Positions 25,693-35,984 are shown, numbered from the stretch's first letter. The stretch is DNA of 64,000 nt from Candidatus Effluviviaceae Genus I sp. (GCA_016867725.1 VGIX01000001.1:99575-163574); one strand, 5' to 3'. Notes: generated by a model from the sequence alone, not told the origin. Made by a program: numbers and translations.

Positions 25693-27015
25693 TCACGCCT
25701 CCGCCGGCCGGCCGACTCCCAGGCTCGTGAGAACGTCGCCGACAGTGTAGTGCGAACCCGTGACCAGGACAAGGTCGCCCTCCCGCGCCTCGTCGAGCGC
25801 GCTCCTGAGCGCCGCCCCCGCCGAGGGGACCACGCGGGCCGGGATGCCGAGTTCGCCGGCGGCCGCCGCGACGTCCTCGGGCGCCGCGGCGCGCGGCGTG
25901 GACGGGCGCATGGCCACGAGGCTGTCCGTGATGTCCGCGAGCGCGCCGAGGAACCCCCGCGCGTCCTTGTCCGCCATGATCCCCAGCACGACGATGAGGC
26001 GGTCGAAGTCGAACACCTCGTCGACCGCCGCCGCGAGCGCGGCCGCCGCGTCGGGATTGTGCGCGACGTCGGCGACGACCGTGGGCCGTCGCTCGAGGAT
26101 CTGCAGCCTCCCGAGGACGCCGGCGTCCGACAGGCCGCGACGCAGCGCGGCCTCGGACAGGCGGAAGGCCCCGAGGCCGGCAAGCTCGTGGAGGGCGACG
26201 AGCGCGGCCCGCGCGTTCGCGATCTGATGCCTCCCGAGCATCGACACGCGGAGCGACTCGTACCGCGTCCCCAGGCACTCGACGTCGAAGACGCTCCCGT
26301 TCGCCCCGACGCGCGCCTCGCCCAGGCGCGACGCGGCCGCGATGTCCACGAGGCGCGCCCGCCTCGCCGCGGCCGCGCCGCGGATGACGTCCAGCGCGTC
26401 GCCCTCCGCGCCGCAGACGACGACGCCCCCGTCGCGGACGATGCCGGCCTTCTCCGCCGCGATCGACGCGAGGCTGCCCCCGAGGACGTCGGTGTGGTCC
26501 AGCGCGATCCTCGTGATGACCGACAGGGCGGAATCGAGCGCGTTCGTCGCGTCGAGCCGCCCGCCGAGACCGACCTCCGCGACCACCAGGTCCGCGCCCC
26601 GCTCGGCGAAGTGCACGGCGGCCGCCGCGGTCACGATCTCGAAGAAGGTCGCCTCGATCTCGTCGGCGGCAGGCTTGAGCCGCTCGACGATCTCGAGGAC
26701 GGTCGGAGGCGGTATCGGCGCGCCGTCCACCGTGATGCGCTCGGTGAAGTCCACGACGTGGGGCGAGGTGTACAGGCCCGTGCGCAGCCCGTGCTCGGTG
26801 AGCACGCGGGCGATCATGGTGGAGGTGGAGCCCTTCCCGTTCGTCCCGGCGACGTGGACGATGCGGAACGCGCGGTCCGGCCGACCCGCCGCCTCGAGCA
26901 GCCTCTCGACCCGCTCGAGGCCCGGCTTCATCACGAAGCGGTGGCGGGCGAAGAGCCAGTCGAGGCACGAGCGGTAGCTGTCAAAGGCCCTGCCGTCGCG
27001 CTTGGTCAAGCGCAT
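25693..27015 (-). CDS. folC: Folylpolyglutamate synthase / dihydrofolate synthase
   Basis: VAGTNGKGST P-loop, Mur-ligase central and C-terminal domains. Start chosen at Met9 by alignment with E. coli FolC; the 3' end of the upstream accD overlaps the folC start by 35 nt. Confidence 0.8.
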   Translation of the reverse strand: MRLTKRDGRAFDSYRSCLDWLFARHRFVMKPGLERVERLLEAAGRPDRAFRIVHVAGTNGKGSTSTMIARVLTEHGLRTGLYTSPHVVDFTERITVDGAPIPPPTVLEIVERLKPAADEIEATFFEIVTAAAAVHFAERGADLVVAEVGLGGRLDATNALDSALSVITRIALDHTDVLGGSLASIAAEKAGIVRDGGVVVCGAEGDALDVIRGAAAARRARLVDIAAASRLGEARVGANGSVFDVECLGTRYESLRVSMLGRHQIANARAALVALHELAGLGAFRLSEAALRRGLSDAGVLGRLQILERRPTVVADVAHNPDAAAALAAAVDEVFDFDRLIVVLGIMADKDARGFLGALADITDSLVAMRPSTPRAAAPEDVAAAAGELGIPARVVPSAGAALRSALDEAREGDLVLVTGSHYTVGDVLTSLGVGRPAEA

Positions 27016-27883
27016 CCTCCGCGCGGTCGCGCCCCTCATCGGCGAAGAAGGCGAGCACTCTCGATACGGTCCGCTTGAGGTCCTTGCGGCGCACGACCAT
27101 GTCCACCATGCCGTGCGAGAGCATGAACTCGGCCCGCTGGAAGCCGCCGGGCAGGTCCTGCTTGATCGTCTGCTGGATGACCCTCGGGCCGGCGAAGCCG
27201 ATGAGCGCGCCGGGCTCGGCGATGATGATGTCGCCGAGCGAGGCGAAGCTCGCGGTCACTCCGCCGGTGGTCGGGTGGGCCTGGATGGCGATGTGCAGAA
27301 GCCCCTCCTCGTGCAGCCTCGCGAGCATGGCGCTCGTCTTCGCCATCTGCATGAGCGAGAAGATACCCTCCTGCATCCGCGCTCCGCCCGTGCTCGAGAC
27401 CGTGACGAGCGGCACGCGCTCTTCGATGGCCATGCGCGTGAGCCGCGCGATCTTCTCGCCCATCACGGAGCCCATGCTCCCGCCGAGGAACGCGAACTCG
27501 AGGAGCGCGAGCATGGCGAGATGCCCGTCGATCCTGCCGCTCCCGGTGTGCACGGCCTCGTTGAGCCCGGACTTGCGCTTCGCCGCGTCGAGCCGGTCGG
27601 AGTATCGCTTGGAGTCGACGAAGCCCAACGGGTCCGTGGGCTCGATCCCCGAGAGAAGCTCAACGAAGCTCCCCTCGTCCACCAGGAGGTCGCGGTACTG
27701 CTCCGCGCCGATCTGGAAGTGATAGCCGCACCGGGCGCAGGTCCACAGGCCGCGCTCGAGCTCCTTGTGGTAGATGATCTCGCCGCACCCCTCGCACTTG
27801 CGCCACAGGCCGTCGGGCACCTCGCGCCTGGGCGCTTCCTTGATGGCGGGCTTCCTTCGCTTGAGCCACGGCACCTGGTCCAT
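26981..27883 (-). CDS. accD: Acetyl-CoA carboxylase carboxyltransferase subunit beta
   Basis: N-terminal zinc ribbon CEGCGEIIYHKELERGLWTCARCGYH plus the carboxyltransferase domain. Start at the internal Met 27881..27883; the Arg-rich extension is rejected. Confidence 0.9.
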   Translation of the reverse strand: MDQVPWLKRRKPAIKEAPRREVPDGLWRKCEGCGEIIYHKELERGLWTCARCGYHFQIGAEQYRDLLVDEGSFVELLSGIEPTDPLGFVDSKRYSDRLDAAKRKSGLNEAVHTGSGRIDGHLAMLALLEFAFLGGSMGSVMGEKIARLTRMAIEERVPLVTVSSTGGARMQEGIFSLMQMAKTSAMLARLHEEGLLHIAIQAHPTTGGVTASFASLGDIIIAEPGALIGFAGPRVIQQTIKQDLPGGFQRAEFMLSHGMVDMVVRRKDLKRTVSRVLAFFADEGRDRAEDALDQARRQGL

Positions 27884-27933
27884 AGCCCCTCCGGGAACGA
27901 GTCGGATCGCCGCGCACGCGGGCGCCTCGGCGA

Positions 27934-28731
27934 TTATAGCCGCTCCGCGACCCCCTCGACGAGCGAAAGGAGCTTCCTCGATCCGGCGCGGCCGGCCCTG
28001 AGGACCTCCCCGTGCGTCGTGCTCGTGAAGCGGCCGGGAAGCGGGACGTTCGTGATGAGCGAGAGGCCGAGCACCTCCATGCCGGCGCCCGCCGCGGCCG
28101 CCGCCTCGGAGACCGTCGACATGCCGACGGCGGAGGCCCCGAGCCTCCGGGCCAGCGAGATCTCCGCCGGCGTCTCGTAGGCCGGCCCGAGCGACCCGAG
28201 GTACACGCCCTCGCGAAGCGCGATGCCGCGCGCCGCGCCGACGTCCCGCGCGAGCGCCGCGAGGCGCGGCGAGTACGCGGGCGCGCGGCCCGTCGGCGCG
28301 CCGGCCGTGCGGCATCGCCCGCCGAGGAGCGATATCTGATCGACGATGAGCATCACGTCCCCGACCGAGAAGCCCGGGTCCACGCCGCCCGAGGCGTTCG
28401 TGAGAGCGAGCGCGACGACCCCGAGGCGGCGCAGCGCGCGCACGGCGAACACGACCTCGTCGGGGCCACGCCCCTCGTAGTGGTGCACGCGGCCGGAGAT
28501 CACGAGCGCCGGCTTCGACGCGATCGTGCACGAGACGACGGCGCCGTCGTGCCCCCCGACTCCGGGAACGGGGAAGCCGGGCACGTCCGCGCACCGCGCG
28601 CGGGCGATGACCTCGACACCGTCCAGGAACGACGAGAGCCCGGAGCCGAGCACGATGCCGAGCGTCGCGCCGCCGAACCCGGCCCGCCCCAGCCAGTCCA
28701 CGGACCGCGCGAGCCGGTCTCTCGAGGTCAT
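27934..28731 (-). CDS. Purine nucleoside phosphorylase (PNP / MTAP family)
   Basis: 265 aa; GSGLSS phosphate loop, ...SLGPAYETPAE..., MSTVSEA. Confidence 0.8.
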   Translation of the reverse strand: MTSRDRLARSVDWLGRAGFGGATLGIVLGSGLSSFLDGVEVIARARCADVPGFPVPGVGGHDGAVVSCTIASKPALVISGRVHHYEGRGPDEVVFAVRALRRLGVVALALTNASGGVDPGFSVGDVMLIVDQISLLGGRCRTAGAPTGRAPAYSPRLAALARDVGAARGIALREGVYLGSLGPAYETPAEISLARRLGASAVGMSTVSEAAAAAGAGMEVLGLSLITNVPLPGRFTSTTHGEVLRAGRAGSRKLLSLVEGVAERL

Positions 28732-29234
28732 GCCACGCCCTCCGCGCCCGGGCCGTCGGCCGCCTCGCCGAACTCGCGGAACATGACGAGCGCGTGCTCG
28801 CCGTTGTCCTCGTAGTACCCGCGGCGGATCGCGACGCCGCGGAACCCGCACCGCTCGTAGACGGCGATGGCGCGGGCGTTCGACACGCGCACCTCGAGCG
28901 CCGCGTGCCGGATGCCGCGCCCGGCCGCCGCGGCGAGCGCCGCCGCCACGAGCCGGGCGCCGAGGCCCTCGCCCTGTCTGTCCGGTCGGACCGCGAGATT
29001 GCCGATGTGGAGCTCGTCGACGACGTGCCAGGCGACGAGGTACCCCTCGACGCGACCGCCCTCCTCGGCGACGAACGACATGGAGCGCGTGTCCCCGGAG
29101 ACCTCGTTCTCGAACGACTGCCTCGACCACGGCATCGCGAAGACCGCCTGCTCGATCTCGCAGACGGCGTCGAGGTCGTCCGCGGTCATCGGCCTCACGG
29201 TCACGGGGTCCGACACGGCGCGCGCGTCCATCAC
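28728..29234 (-). CDS. rimI: Ribosomal-protein-alanine N-acetyltransferase (GNAT)
   Basis: GNAT motifs (NLAVRPDRQGEGLGARLV); directly upstream of tsaB, the conserved rimI-tsaB-tsaE neighbourhood. Confidence 0.75.
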   Translation of the reverse strand: MMDARAVSDPVTVRPMTADDLDAVCEIEQAVFAMPWSRQSFENEVSGDTRSMSFVAEEGGRVEGYLVAWHVVDELHIGNLAVRPDRQGEGLGARLVAAALAAAAGRGIRHAALEVRVSNARAIAVYERCGFRGVAIRRGYYEDNGEHALVMFREFGEAADGPGAEGVA

Positions 29235-29899
29235 ACGCCCCGGAGGTAGATGGGCTCGAGCGCGTCGAGGTCGGGCGGAGGAGCAGCCGAAGCGCCCTCG
29301 ACCATCGCCGCGATCGCGCGCGCCGAGGGCCTCTGCAGCTCCTCCGACGGGAAGCGCGCCGCGTCCCCGAGCGCCCGCATGAGCTCGTCGCGGTACGCTA
29401 CGGCCCCGGTGCCGACGAGGAGCACGGGCTTCCCGGCCGCCGCGCCGGCCACGCGCGCGGCGAAGGCGTCCGGCGGCTCGGCGGCGTCATCGAGAAGGCG
29501 CCGGGGCGCCCGCCCCAGCACGAAGAGCGCCCCGTAGACCTCGCCGCGCCTGGCGTCGAGCGCCGCGCCCACGAGCTCCCCCTCGTCCCGGGCGCTCCGC
29601 GCGAGGGCCTCGAGCGTCGGCACCGGCCGCACGGGCACGCCGGAGACCGCCGAGAGCCCCTTGGCCGTCGCGAGACCCACCCTGAGGCCCGTGAAGCGCC
29701 CCGGCCCGATCGAGACGCCGATGGCGTCGAGCGCCCTGAGGTCCGTCCCGGACTCGCGAAGCGTCTCGGCGATGGCGATGATGAGCTCCTCGGCGCGGCC
29801 GCGGCCGGCGGCGAGCCGTCGCGCGGCCAGGACCTCGCCGCCCTCGACGACGGCGACGTCCTCGACGGGTGTTGAGGTCTCGATCGTGAGCACGCGCAT
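29231..29899 (-). CDS. tsaB: tRNA threonylcarbamoyladenosine biosynthesis protein TsaB (YeaZ)
   Basis: MRVLTIETSTPVEDVAVVEGGEVL... inactive Kae1/YgjD-like fold. Confidence 0.8.
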   Translation of the reverse strand: MRVLTIETSTPVEDVAVVEGGEVLAARRLAAGRGRAEELIIAIAETLRESGTDLRALDAIGVSIGPGRFTGLRVGLATAKGLSAVSGVPVRPVPTLEALARSARDEGELVGAALDARRGEVYGALFVLGRAPRRLLDDAAEPPDAFAARVAGAAAGKPVLLVGTGAVAYRDELMRALGDAARFPSEELQRPSARAIAAMVEGASAAPPPDLDALEPIYLRGV

Positions 29900-29903
29900 C
29901 GCC

Positions 29904-30401
29904 CTACTCCCTCCCCCGTCCGCTCGCCCAGCGGTCAGCCGCCTCGACCGCCGGCGCGTGGGCCGGCCCCGTCGCCGTGAGGGTCACGCGGCGGACCTCC
30001 GCGTCCACGAGCTCGAGCGAGACGTCCAGCCGGTCCTTCGGCAGGAGCTCGGGGACGCGGTCCGCCCACTCGACGAGCGCCACGCCTTCGCCGTAGAAGA
30101 GCTCGCGATACCCGAGCTCGTGGAGCGGCCCGGCGTCCGACAGGCGGTACAGGTCAACGTGGATGACGGGCACGCGGCCCGCGTACTCGTTGACGATGAC
30201 GAAGCTCGGGCTCGACACGACCCCGGAGCAACCGAGCCCCAGCGCGATGCCCTGCGCGAGGACGGTCTTGCCGCTTCCCAGCTCCCCGAGGAGCCCCACG
30301 AAGCCGCCCGCCGGAAGGGCGCGGCCGAGCGCGCGGCCGAGCTCCCGCGTCTCGTCGGGCGACCGCGTGACGATCGCGTGAGGGCCGGCGCGGCGCGTCA
30401 T
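29904..30401 (-). CDS. tsaE: tRNA threonylcarbamoyladenosine biosynthesis ATPase TsaE (YjeE)
   Basis: GELGSGKTVLAQG P-loop; 165 aa; start at the internal Met 30399..30401. Confidence 0.8.
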   Translation of the reverse strand: MTRRAGPHAIVTRSPDETRELGRALGRALPAGGFVGLLGELGSGKTVLAQGIALGLGCSGVVSSPSFVIVNEYAGRVPVIHVDLYRLSDAGPLHELGYRELFYGEGVALVEWADRVPELLPKDRLDVSLELVDAEVRRVTLTATGPAHAPAVEAADRWASGRGRE

Positions 30402-30403
30402 CG

Positions 30404-31966
30404 TCAGGCCTTCGGAAGCATGACCGCGCAGGGAAGGACCATCTCCTCGAGCGAGATCCCGCCGTGCTGGAAGCTTCCCTTGTACTGGCGCTCGTAGCGG
30501 TGGAAATCGGTCGGGTACACGAAGTAGTAGTCCTCCTTCGCGATCGCGTACTGCTTGCTCGCCCCGTCGCTCGGCAGCTTGAAGCGGGCCGGGTTCGTGA
30601 TGAGGAACGTCTCCTTCTCGTTGCACCCCAGGTTGCTCCCGAACTTGTAGCGGAGGTTCGTCGAGGTCTCTCGGTTCCCGCGCACGAGCGCCGCGCGCCT
30701 GCCGAGCGTCACGCCGTGGTCCGTCGTGAGGACGACGGCCGCCTTGTGCCTGGCCATCTCGATGAGGATGTGATAGAGGGCCGAGTGGTTGAACCACGAC
30801 CGCACGAGCGAGCGGAACGCCGCCTCGTCGGGCGCGATCTCCTGGAGGATCTCCGACTCGGACCGCGAGTGCGAGAGGATGTCGACGAAGTTGTACACGA
30901 GCGACACGAGCGAGAGCCCGCGCATCGAGGACATCTGCCGCCGGACGTTGTCCGCCTCGTCCTTCTCGTAGATCTTCACGTACTTCGGCTCCGGCGTCAG
31001 GCGGACGCCGAGCCGATCGAGCTGCGCGTCCATGAGCTGACGCTCGTAGCGGTTCTTGCTGAACTCGTCGCGCGCGGGCGTGGCCCAGAGGTCCGGGTAC
31101 TTCTCGCCGAGCTGCGAGGGATAGAGCCCGCTGAAGAGCGCGTTCCGCGAGAACGGCGTCGCGGTCGGGAGGATCGAGTAGTAGTAGTGGTTCGTGATGT
31201 CGAAGAACGACTCGAGACTCGTCGCGATGCTCAGCCAGTGGTCCAGGCGCATGCAGTCGAGCACGACGAAGTAGACCTTCTCCCTGGCCTTGAGCCTGGG
31301 CGCCACGAACGTCCGCACGACGTCCACCGAGAGCGGCGGCCGGTCCTTCGCGTCGTTGACCCACCCTTCGTAGTTGGCGACCACGTAGCGCGAGAACTCG
31401 GCGTTGGCGCTGTGCTCGAGATCGTCGTGCGCCTGCCGGAGCCCCGGGTCGCGGAACCGGTCGAGCTCGAGGTCCCACGACACGAGGCGCGTGTACAACT
31501 GGATCCAGTCCCGCCAGCCGAGCGGGTCCATGATGCTGCCGCGCAGCTCGGACGAGTCCTGAGCGTACCGCTGGGCCAGCTGGTCCTGGAGGATGCGCTG
31601 GCCGTCGAGGAGCCGCTTGATGGCGAGGAACACCTGCGAGGGCTTCACGGGCTTGATGAGGAAGTCGTCGATGCGCCGGCCGAGCGCGTCGTTCATCAGC
31701 TCCTCTTCCTCGCTCTTCGTGACCATCACGACGGGAACGGCCGGGTCGATGGCCTTGATCTCGCCCAGGGTCGTGAGTCCGTCCATGCCGACCATCATCT
31801 CGTCGAGCAGCACGATGTCGTAGCGGACCTTCTTCAGAAGCTCGATGGCCTCGCCGCCGCCCGGCGCGGGCGTGACGTCGTAGCCCTTCTGCTCGAGGAA
31901 TATCATGTGCGGCCGAAGCAGGTCGATCTCGTCGTCGACCCAGAGGACCTTCCTGGAACCGTTCAT
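30404..31966 (-). CDS. porX: PorX-like response regulator: receiver domain fused to a PglZ (alkaline-phosphatase-like) domain
   Basis: KVLWVDDEIDLL...DIVLLDEMMVGMDG receiver domain; the C-terminal region has PglZ-type architecture. Start at the internal Met 31964..31966. Confidence 0.75.
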   Translation of the reverse strand: MNGSRKVLWVDDEIDLLRPHMIFLEQKGYDVTPAPGGGEAIELLKKVRYDIVLLDEMMVGMDGLTTLGEIKAIDPAVPVVMVTKSEEEELMNDALGRRIDDFLIKPVKPSQVFLAIKRLLDGQRILQDQLAQRYAQDSSELRGSIMDPLGWRDWIQLYTRLVSWDLELDRFRDPGLRQAHDDLEHSANAEFSRYVVANYEGWVNDAKDRPPLSVDVVRTFVAPRLKAREKVYFVVLDCMRLDHWLSIATSLESFFDITNHYYYSILPTATPFSRNALFSGLYPSQLGEKYPDLWATPARDEFSKNRYERQLMDAQLDRLGVRLTPEPKYVKIYEKDEADNVRRQMSSMRGLSLVSLVYNFVDILSHSRSESEILQEIAPDEAAFRSLVRSWFNHSALYHILIEMARHKAAVVLTTDHGVTLGRRAALVRGNRETSTNLRYKFGSNLGCNEKETFLITNPARFKLPSDGASKQYAIAKEDYYFVYPTDFHRYERQYKGSFQHGGISLEEMVLPCAVMLPKA

Positions 31967-32016
31967 CCACTCCTCCACCCTGACCCCGGATGCGGCATGG
32001 GAGGCGCCGCGCCCTT

Positions 32017-33294
32017 CTAGGTCGCAGGAAGCGAGATGACGAAGGCCGTGCCCTTCCCGGGCTCGGTCCACGCCACGTAGAGACGCCCCTTGTGGTACTC
32101 CTCGACGATCCTCCGCGAGAGCGCAAGCCCGAGCCCCCAGCCCTTGCGCTTCGTGGAGTAGCCGGGCGCGAACACCCGGCGACGGTCGCCCGGCGGCAGG
32201 CCGCGGCCGCTGTCCTTGATGACGACCTCGACCACGCCGTCCCTGGGCACGTGCCGCGCGGAGATCTCGATGCGACCGCCGTCCTCGCCGAGCGCCTCGG
32301 CGGCGTTCTTCACGAGGTTCTCGATGACCCACTCCATGAGCTCGCGGTTGATGTCCACGAGCGGCACGTTCTCGTAGTTCTCCTCGATGGTGATGCTCCT
32401 GCCGAGACCGTGCAGCCGCCGTCGGAGGTAGTCGAGCGCCTCGCGGAGCACCCCGACGACGTCCTGCCGCCTGGTCCGCGGCGTCGAGCCGATCTGGTTG
32501 AAGCGCAGCGAGATCTTCTCGAGGCGCTCGAGGTCGCGCTGCATCTCGTCGGTCATGCGGACGAGCGCGTCCGGGTCGCTGTCCGCGCGCGTGGACTCCC
32601 GGATGAGCTCCACCCAGCCCATGAGCGACGAGATGGGGGTCCCAAGCTGGTGCGCCGTCTCGCGCGCCATCCCGATCCAGATGGACCGCAGCTCCGCGAG
32701 CTTCGCGTTCCTGAACCCGAGGAACCCCAGGAGCACGACGATGCCGAACGCGGCGAGCTCGAGCGCCGGCACGTAGCGCATCTCGCGGATCATGCTGGAC
32801 TCGCCGTAGTGCACATATCCGAGGGCAGGCTGGTTAGGGTGATGGGTCATCGGAATGGGCTCGTTGATCCTGTCGATGTCGCGCGCGAGCGCCATGACCT
32901 GCCCGAGCCTCGTGGAGTCGGGGGTCGCCGGGTGGGCGCGCAGGTACTCCTCGTGCGTCACGTCGTAGGGATCGAAGCCCACCGGCAGGTTCTTCCAGGT
33001 GATGGGCACGCCGCGGACGTCGGTGATCACGATGGGGAAGTTGATGGTCTCGATGAGCTTGCCGAAGACGAGCCGGAGCTCCTCGTCCTCGCTCGCCGCG
33101 TAGGTCGCGCTCGCGCACAGGCTCGCGATCGAGCTCGAGAGCGTCTCGGCCTGGACCTCGAGGCGGCGGATGAGGCTGTTGGTGTAGAGGAAGATGGCGA
33201 CGGCGATGACGAGGATGCCGACGAAGATGTAGGCCCTCGATCGCTGGAGCGCCAGCTCGTCGGCGTCGAGCCGCCACTGCCCGCCCTGTCGCAT
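32017..33294 (-). CDS. Sensor histidine kinase (PorY-like), 2 TM helices
   Basis: H-box HQLGTPISSLMGWVELI, N-box ENLVKNA, G-boxes DSGRGL and GWGLGLALSRRIV; adjacent to the PorX-like regulator. Confidence 0.8.
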   Translation of the reverse strand: MRQGGQWRLDADELALQRSRAYIFVGILVIAVAIFLYTNSLIRRLEVQAETLSSSIASLCASATYAASEDEELRLVFGKLIETINFPIVITDVRGVPITWKNLPVGFDPYDVTHEEYLRAHPATPDSTRLGQVMALARDIDRINEPIPMTHHPNQPALGYVHYGESSMIREMRYVPALELAAFGIVVLLGFLGFRNAKLAELRSIWIGMARETAHQLGTPISSLMGWVELIRESTRADSDPDALVRMTDEMQRDLERLEKISLRFNQIGSTPRTRRQDVVGVLREALDYLRRRLHGLGRSITIEENYENVPLVDINRELMEWVIENLVKNAAEALGEDGGRIEISARHVPRDGVVEVVIKDSGRGLPPGDRRRVFAPGYSTKRKGWGLGLALSRRIVEEYHKGRLYVAWTEPGKGTAFVISLPAT

Positions 33295-33390
33295 CGCTGC
33301 CTCCGGACGCGGAACACGGCCGTTCGGGTCACAGCATACCACAGGAGCGGGCCGCGCGAAAGCGGGCGGCCCGCGACGGGGCGCGGGAGG

Positions 33391-34662
33391 CTACGCGATC
33401 TCGGAGAGGCCGCTCACGTACGGGCGCAGCGCGTCGGGGACGACGATCGTGCCGCGGTCGGTCTGGTAGTTCTCGATCACGGCGATCACCGTGCGGGGCA
33501 GCGCGACGCCGGAGCCGTTCAGCGTGTGCACGAAGCGCGCCTTGCCGCCGCCCGCCGGGCGGTACTGGATCCCCGCGCGCCGGGCCTGGAAGTCCTCGAA
33601 GTTGCTGCACGAGGAGACCTCGAGCCAGCGGCCGCAGCCCGGCGCCCACACGTCGAGGTCGTAGCACTTCGCGGCGGAGAACGAGAGGTCGCCCGTGCAC
33701 AGCGCCTTCACGCGGTACGGAAGGTCGAGGCGCTGGAGAATGGACTCGGCGCACGCCGTGAGCGACTCGAGCTCGTCGTACGAGGTCTCCGGCTCCACGA
33801 GCTTGACCATCTCGACCTTGTCGAACTGGTGCACGCGCACGAGCCCGCGTGTGTCCTTGCCGTACGAGCCCGCCTCGCGGCGGAAGCACGGCGTGTAGGC
33901 CGTGTAGCGGACGGGAAGCCGCTCGCCGGGCAGGATCTCGTCGCGATGGATGTTCGTGAGCGGCACCTCCGCGGTCGGGATGAGGAAGAGCTCGTCGCCC
34001 TCGCAGCGGTACATGTCGCTCTCGAGCTTCGGCAGCTGGCCCGTGCCGACCATCGAGTCGCGGTTGGCGACGAACGGCGGCGAGATCTCCGTGTACCCGT
34101 GCTCGGTCGTGTGGACGTCGAGCATGAACCGTATGAGCGCACGCTCGAGCAGGGCGCCCACTCCGACGAAGGTCACGAAGCCCGACCCCGCGATCTTCGA
34201 GGCGCTCCGGAAGTCGAGAATGCCCAGGGCCTCGCCGATCTCCCAGTGCGGCACGGGCTTCGCGGCGAGCGGGTGCGGGTCCCCCCACGACCGGACCGTG
34301 ACGTTCTCGTCCTCGGTGGCGCCGACGGGGACGCTCGCGTGCGGGACGTTCGGGATGGTGAGCTCGAGCGCGCGCACCTGCTCGCGCGCCGCGGCGATGC
34401 GCTCGTCGTGCTCCTTGATGCGCGCAGAGACGCCCCGCATCCTCTCGACGATCTCCGAAGCGTCGCCGCCCTCGCGCTTGAGCGCCGCCACCCGCTCGCT
34501 CGCCTCGTTGCGCTCGCGCTTGAGATCGTCGGCCGCGACGAGAAGCCCGCGGAGCTCGGCGTCCAGCTCGAGCAGACGGTCGAGGTCGGCCTTCTCCCCC
34601 TTGTCGCGGATCGCCGCGCGGACGACGTCGGGGTTCGCACGGATGAACCTGAGATCGAGCAC
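33391..34662 (-). CDS. serS: Seryl-tRNA synthetase
   Basis: 423 aa; N-terminal coiled-coil and class II catalytic motifs (FRREAGS, GSGVALPRTVIAVIENYQ). Confidence 0.95.
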   Translation of the reverse strand: MLDLRFIRANPDVVRAAIRDKGEKADLDRLLELDAELRGLLVAADDLKRERNEASERVAALKREGGDASEIVERMRGVSARIKEHDERIAAAREQVRALELTIPNVPHASVPVGATEDENVTVRSWGDPHPLAAKPVPHWEIGEALGILDFRSASKIAGSGFVTFVGVGALLERALIRFMLDVHTTEHGYTEISPPFVANRDSMVGTGQLPKLESDMYRCEGDELFLIPTAEVPLTNIHRDEILPGERLPVRYTAYTPCFRREAGSYGKDTRGLVRVHQFDKVEMVKLVEPETSYDELESLTACAESILQRLDLPYRVKALCTGDLSFSAAKCYDLDVWAPGCGRWLEVSSCSNFEDFQARRAGIQYRPAGGGKARFVHTLNGSGVALPRTVIAVIENYQTDRGTIVVPDALRPYVSGLSEIA

Positions 34663-34703
34663 GGGCGCATCCCCTGCGCGTCGCGACTCGCGCGACGGCG
34701 CGT

Positions 34704-35861
34704 TCAGCGCACTTCGACGGTCTCGCTGGGACGCCGAGAGCGCCGCCCGCCGGTATAGACCCGGTCCCGGGGCACGAGGATCGCGAGGTCGTCACGGTCC
34801 GGGATCCGGATCGCGACGCGGCGCGCGCCCGGGGCGGACTGCACCATGCCCGCGGTCACCGGAACGCGGAAGAGCCTGAGGCCTAGGAACGCCATGCCCC
34901 CCGCGGCCGCGATGGTCGCCAGGGGCAGGACCACGGGGCTCCGACCCATGAAGCGGGACACGACGACGGCCGTCGCGGTGAGCGACAGCGACATGATGTA
35001 GATGGCCAGGGCCGTCTGGCGCGAGCTCAGTCCCAGGCGCGCGAGGCGGTGCGAGCTGTGGTCGCGCCCGCCCTCGGAGAGCCTCCGCCCGTCCATGAGG
35101 CGGGACACGGTCACGAGCGTCGCGTCGAAGATCGGGTAGCCGAGCATGAGGACCGGCACGAGAAGGGACGACGCGCCCGTCCCCGCGTTCGCCACGGCGC
35201 GCAGGGACAGCCCGCCGACGACGTACCCGAGGAAGAGGCTGCCGGCGTCGCCGAGGAAGATCGAGGCCGGCGACGAGTTGTACCGCAGGAAGCCGAGCGC
35301 CCCTCCGGCCACGGAGATGGCCGCGATGGCCGTGGGCACGTGGCCGTTGCCGAGCGCCAGCGTGAAGATGCCGAACGTGGCGATCGCGGCGAGCCCCGAC
35401 GTGATGCCGTCCATGTTGTCGAGGAAGTTGAAGGCGTTCATGAGCCCGACCATCCAGAAGAGCGCGAGCCCGTAGGCCAGGGGAAGCGGCAGCGGGATGC
35501 CGTCGACCCCGCCCGACAGCAGCATCACGAGGGCGGCCGCGGACTGCCCGGCCAGCTTCGTGGCCGGCCGCATGCCGTTGGCGTCGTCGGCCAGCCCGAG
35601 CACGATGACCATGAGGCCGCCGGACATGAACCCGACGATCCTCGCGCTGTACGGGCACCGGATGAGGGCCAGCGCGGCCGAGGCGGAGGCCAGGCTCGCA
35701 AGCGCCACCGCGACGCCGCCCATGAGCGGCGTGGGGGTCGCGTGCACCTTCTGTCTGTTCGGGTAGTCGAGAAAGCGGAGGCGGGTCGCCAGGCTCCTGA
35801 CCGCCGGGGTGAGCGCGATGACGGCGAGCATGGACAGCCCGAAGGCGCAGAGGAAGACCAT
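34704..35861 (-). CDS. Undecaprenyl-phosphate N-acetylhexosamine-1-phosphate transferase (WecA/MraY family, GT4-type)
   Basis: Polytopic membrane protein; NAFNFLDNMDG and FLGDAGS motifs. Confidence 0.8.
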   Translation of the reverse strand: MVFLCAFGLSMLAVIALTPAVRSLATRLRFLDYPNRQKVHATPTPLMGGVAVALASLASASAALALIRCPYSARIVGFMSGGLMVIVLGLADDANGMRPATKLAGQSAAALVMLLSGGVDGIPLPLPLAYGLALFWMVGLMNAFNFLDNMDGITSGLAAIATFGIFTLALGNGHVPTAIAAISVAGGALGFLRYNSSPASIFLGDAGSLFLGYVVGGLSLRAVANAGTGASSLLVPVLMLGYPIFDATLVTVSRLMDGRRLSEGGRDHSSHRLARLGLSSRQTALAIYIMSLSLTATAVVVSRFMGRSPVVLPLATIAAAGGMAFLGLRLFRVPVTAGMVQSAPGARRVAIRIPDRDDLAILVPRDRVYTGGRRSRRPSETVEVR

Positions 35862-35984
35862 GACAGCTCCCTGACCTACGTGTCAGATGTCGAACGGCAG
35901 TATTGTCAGGACACACACAGCTGTCAACTTCTTTCTCCGGGCCCACCCTCCAGCCGGCGGCCCCGCGGCGCTGCCGCGGCGCGC

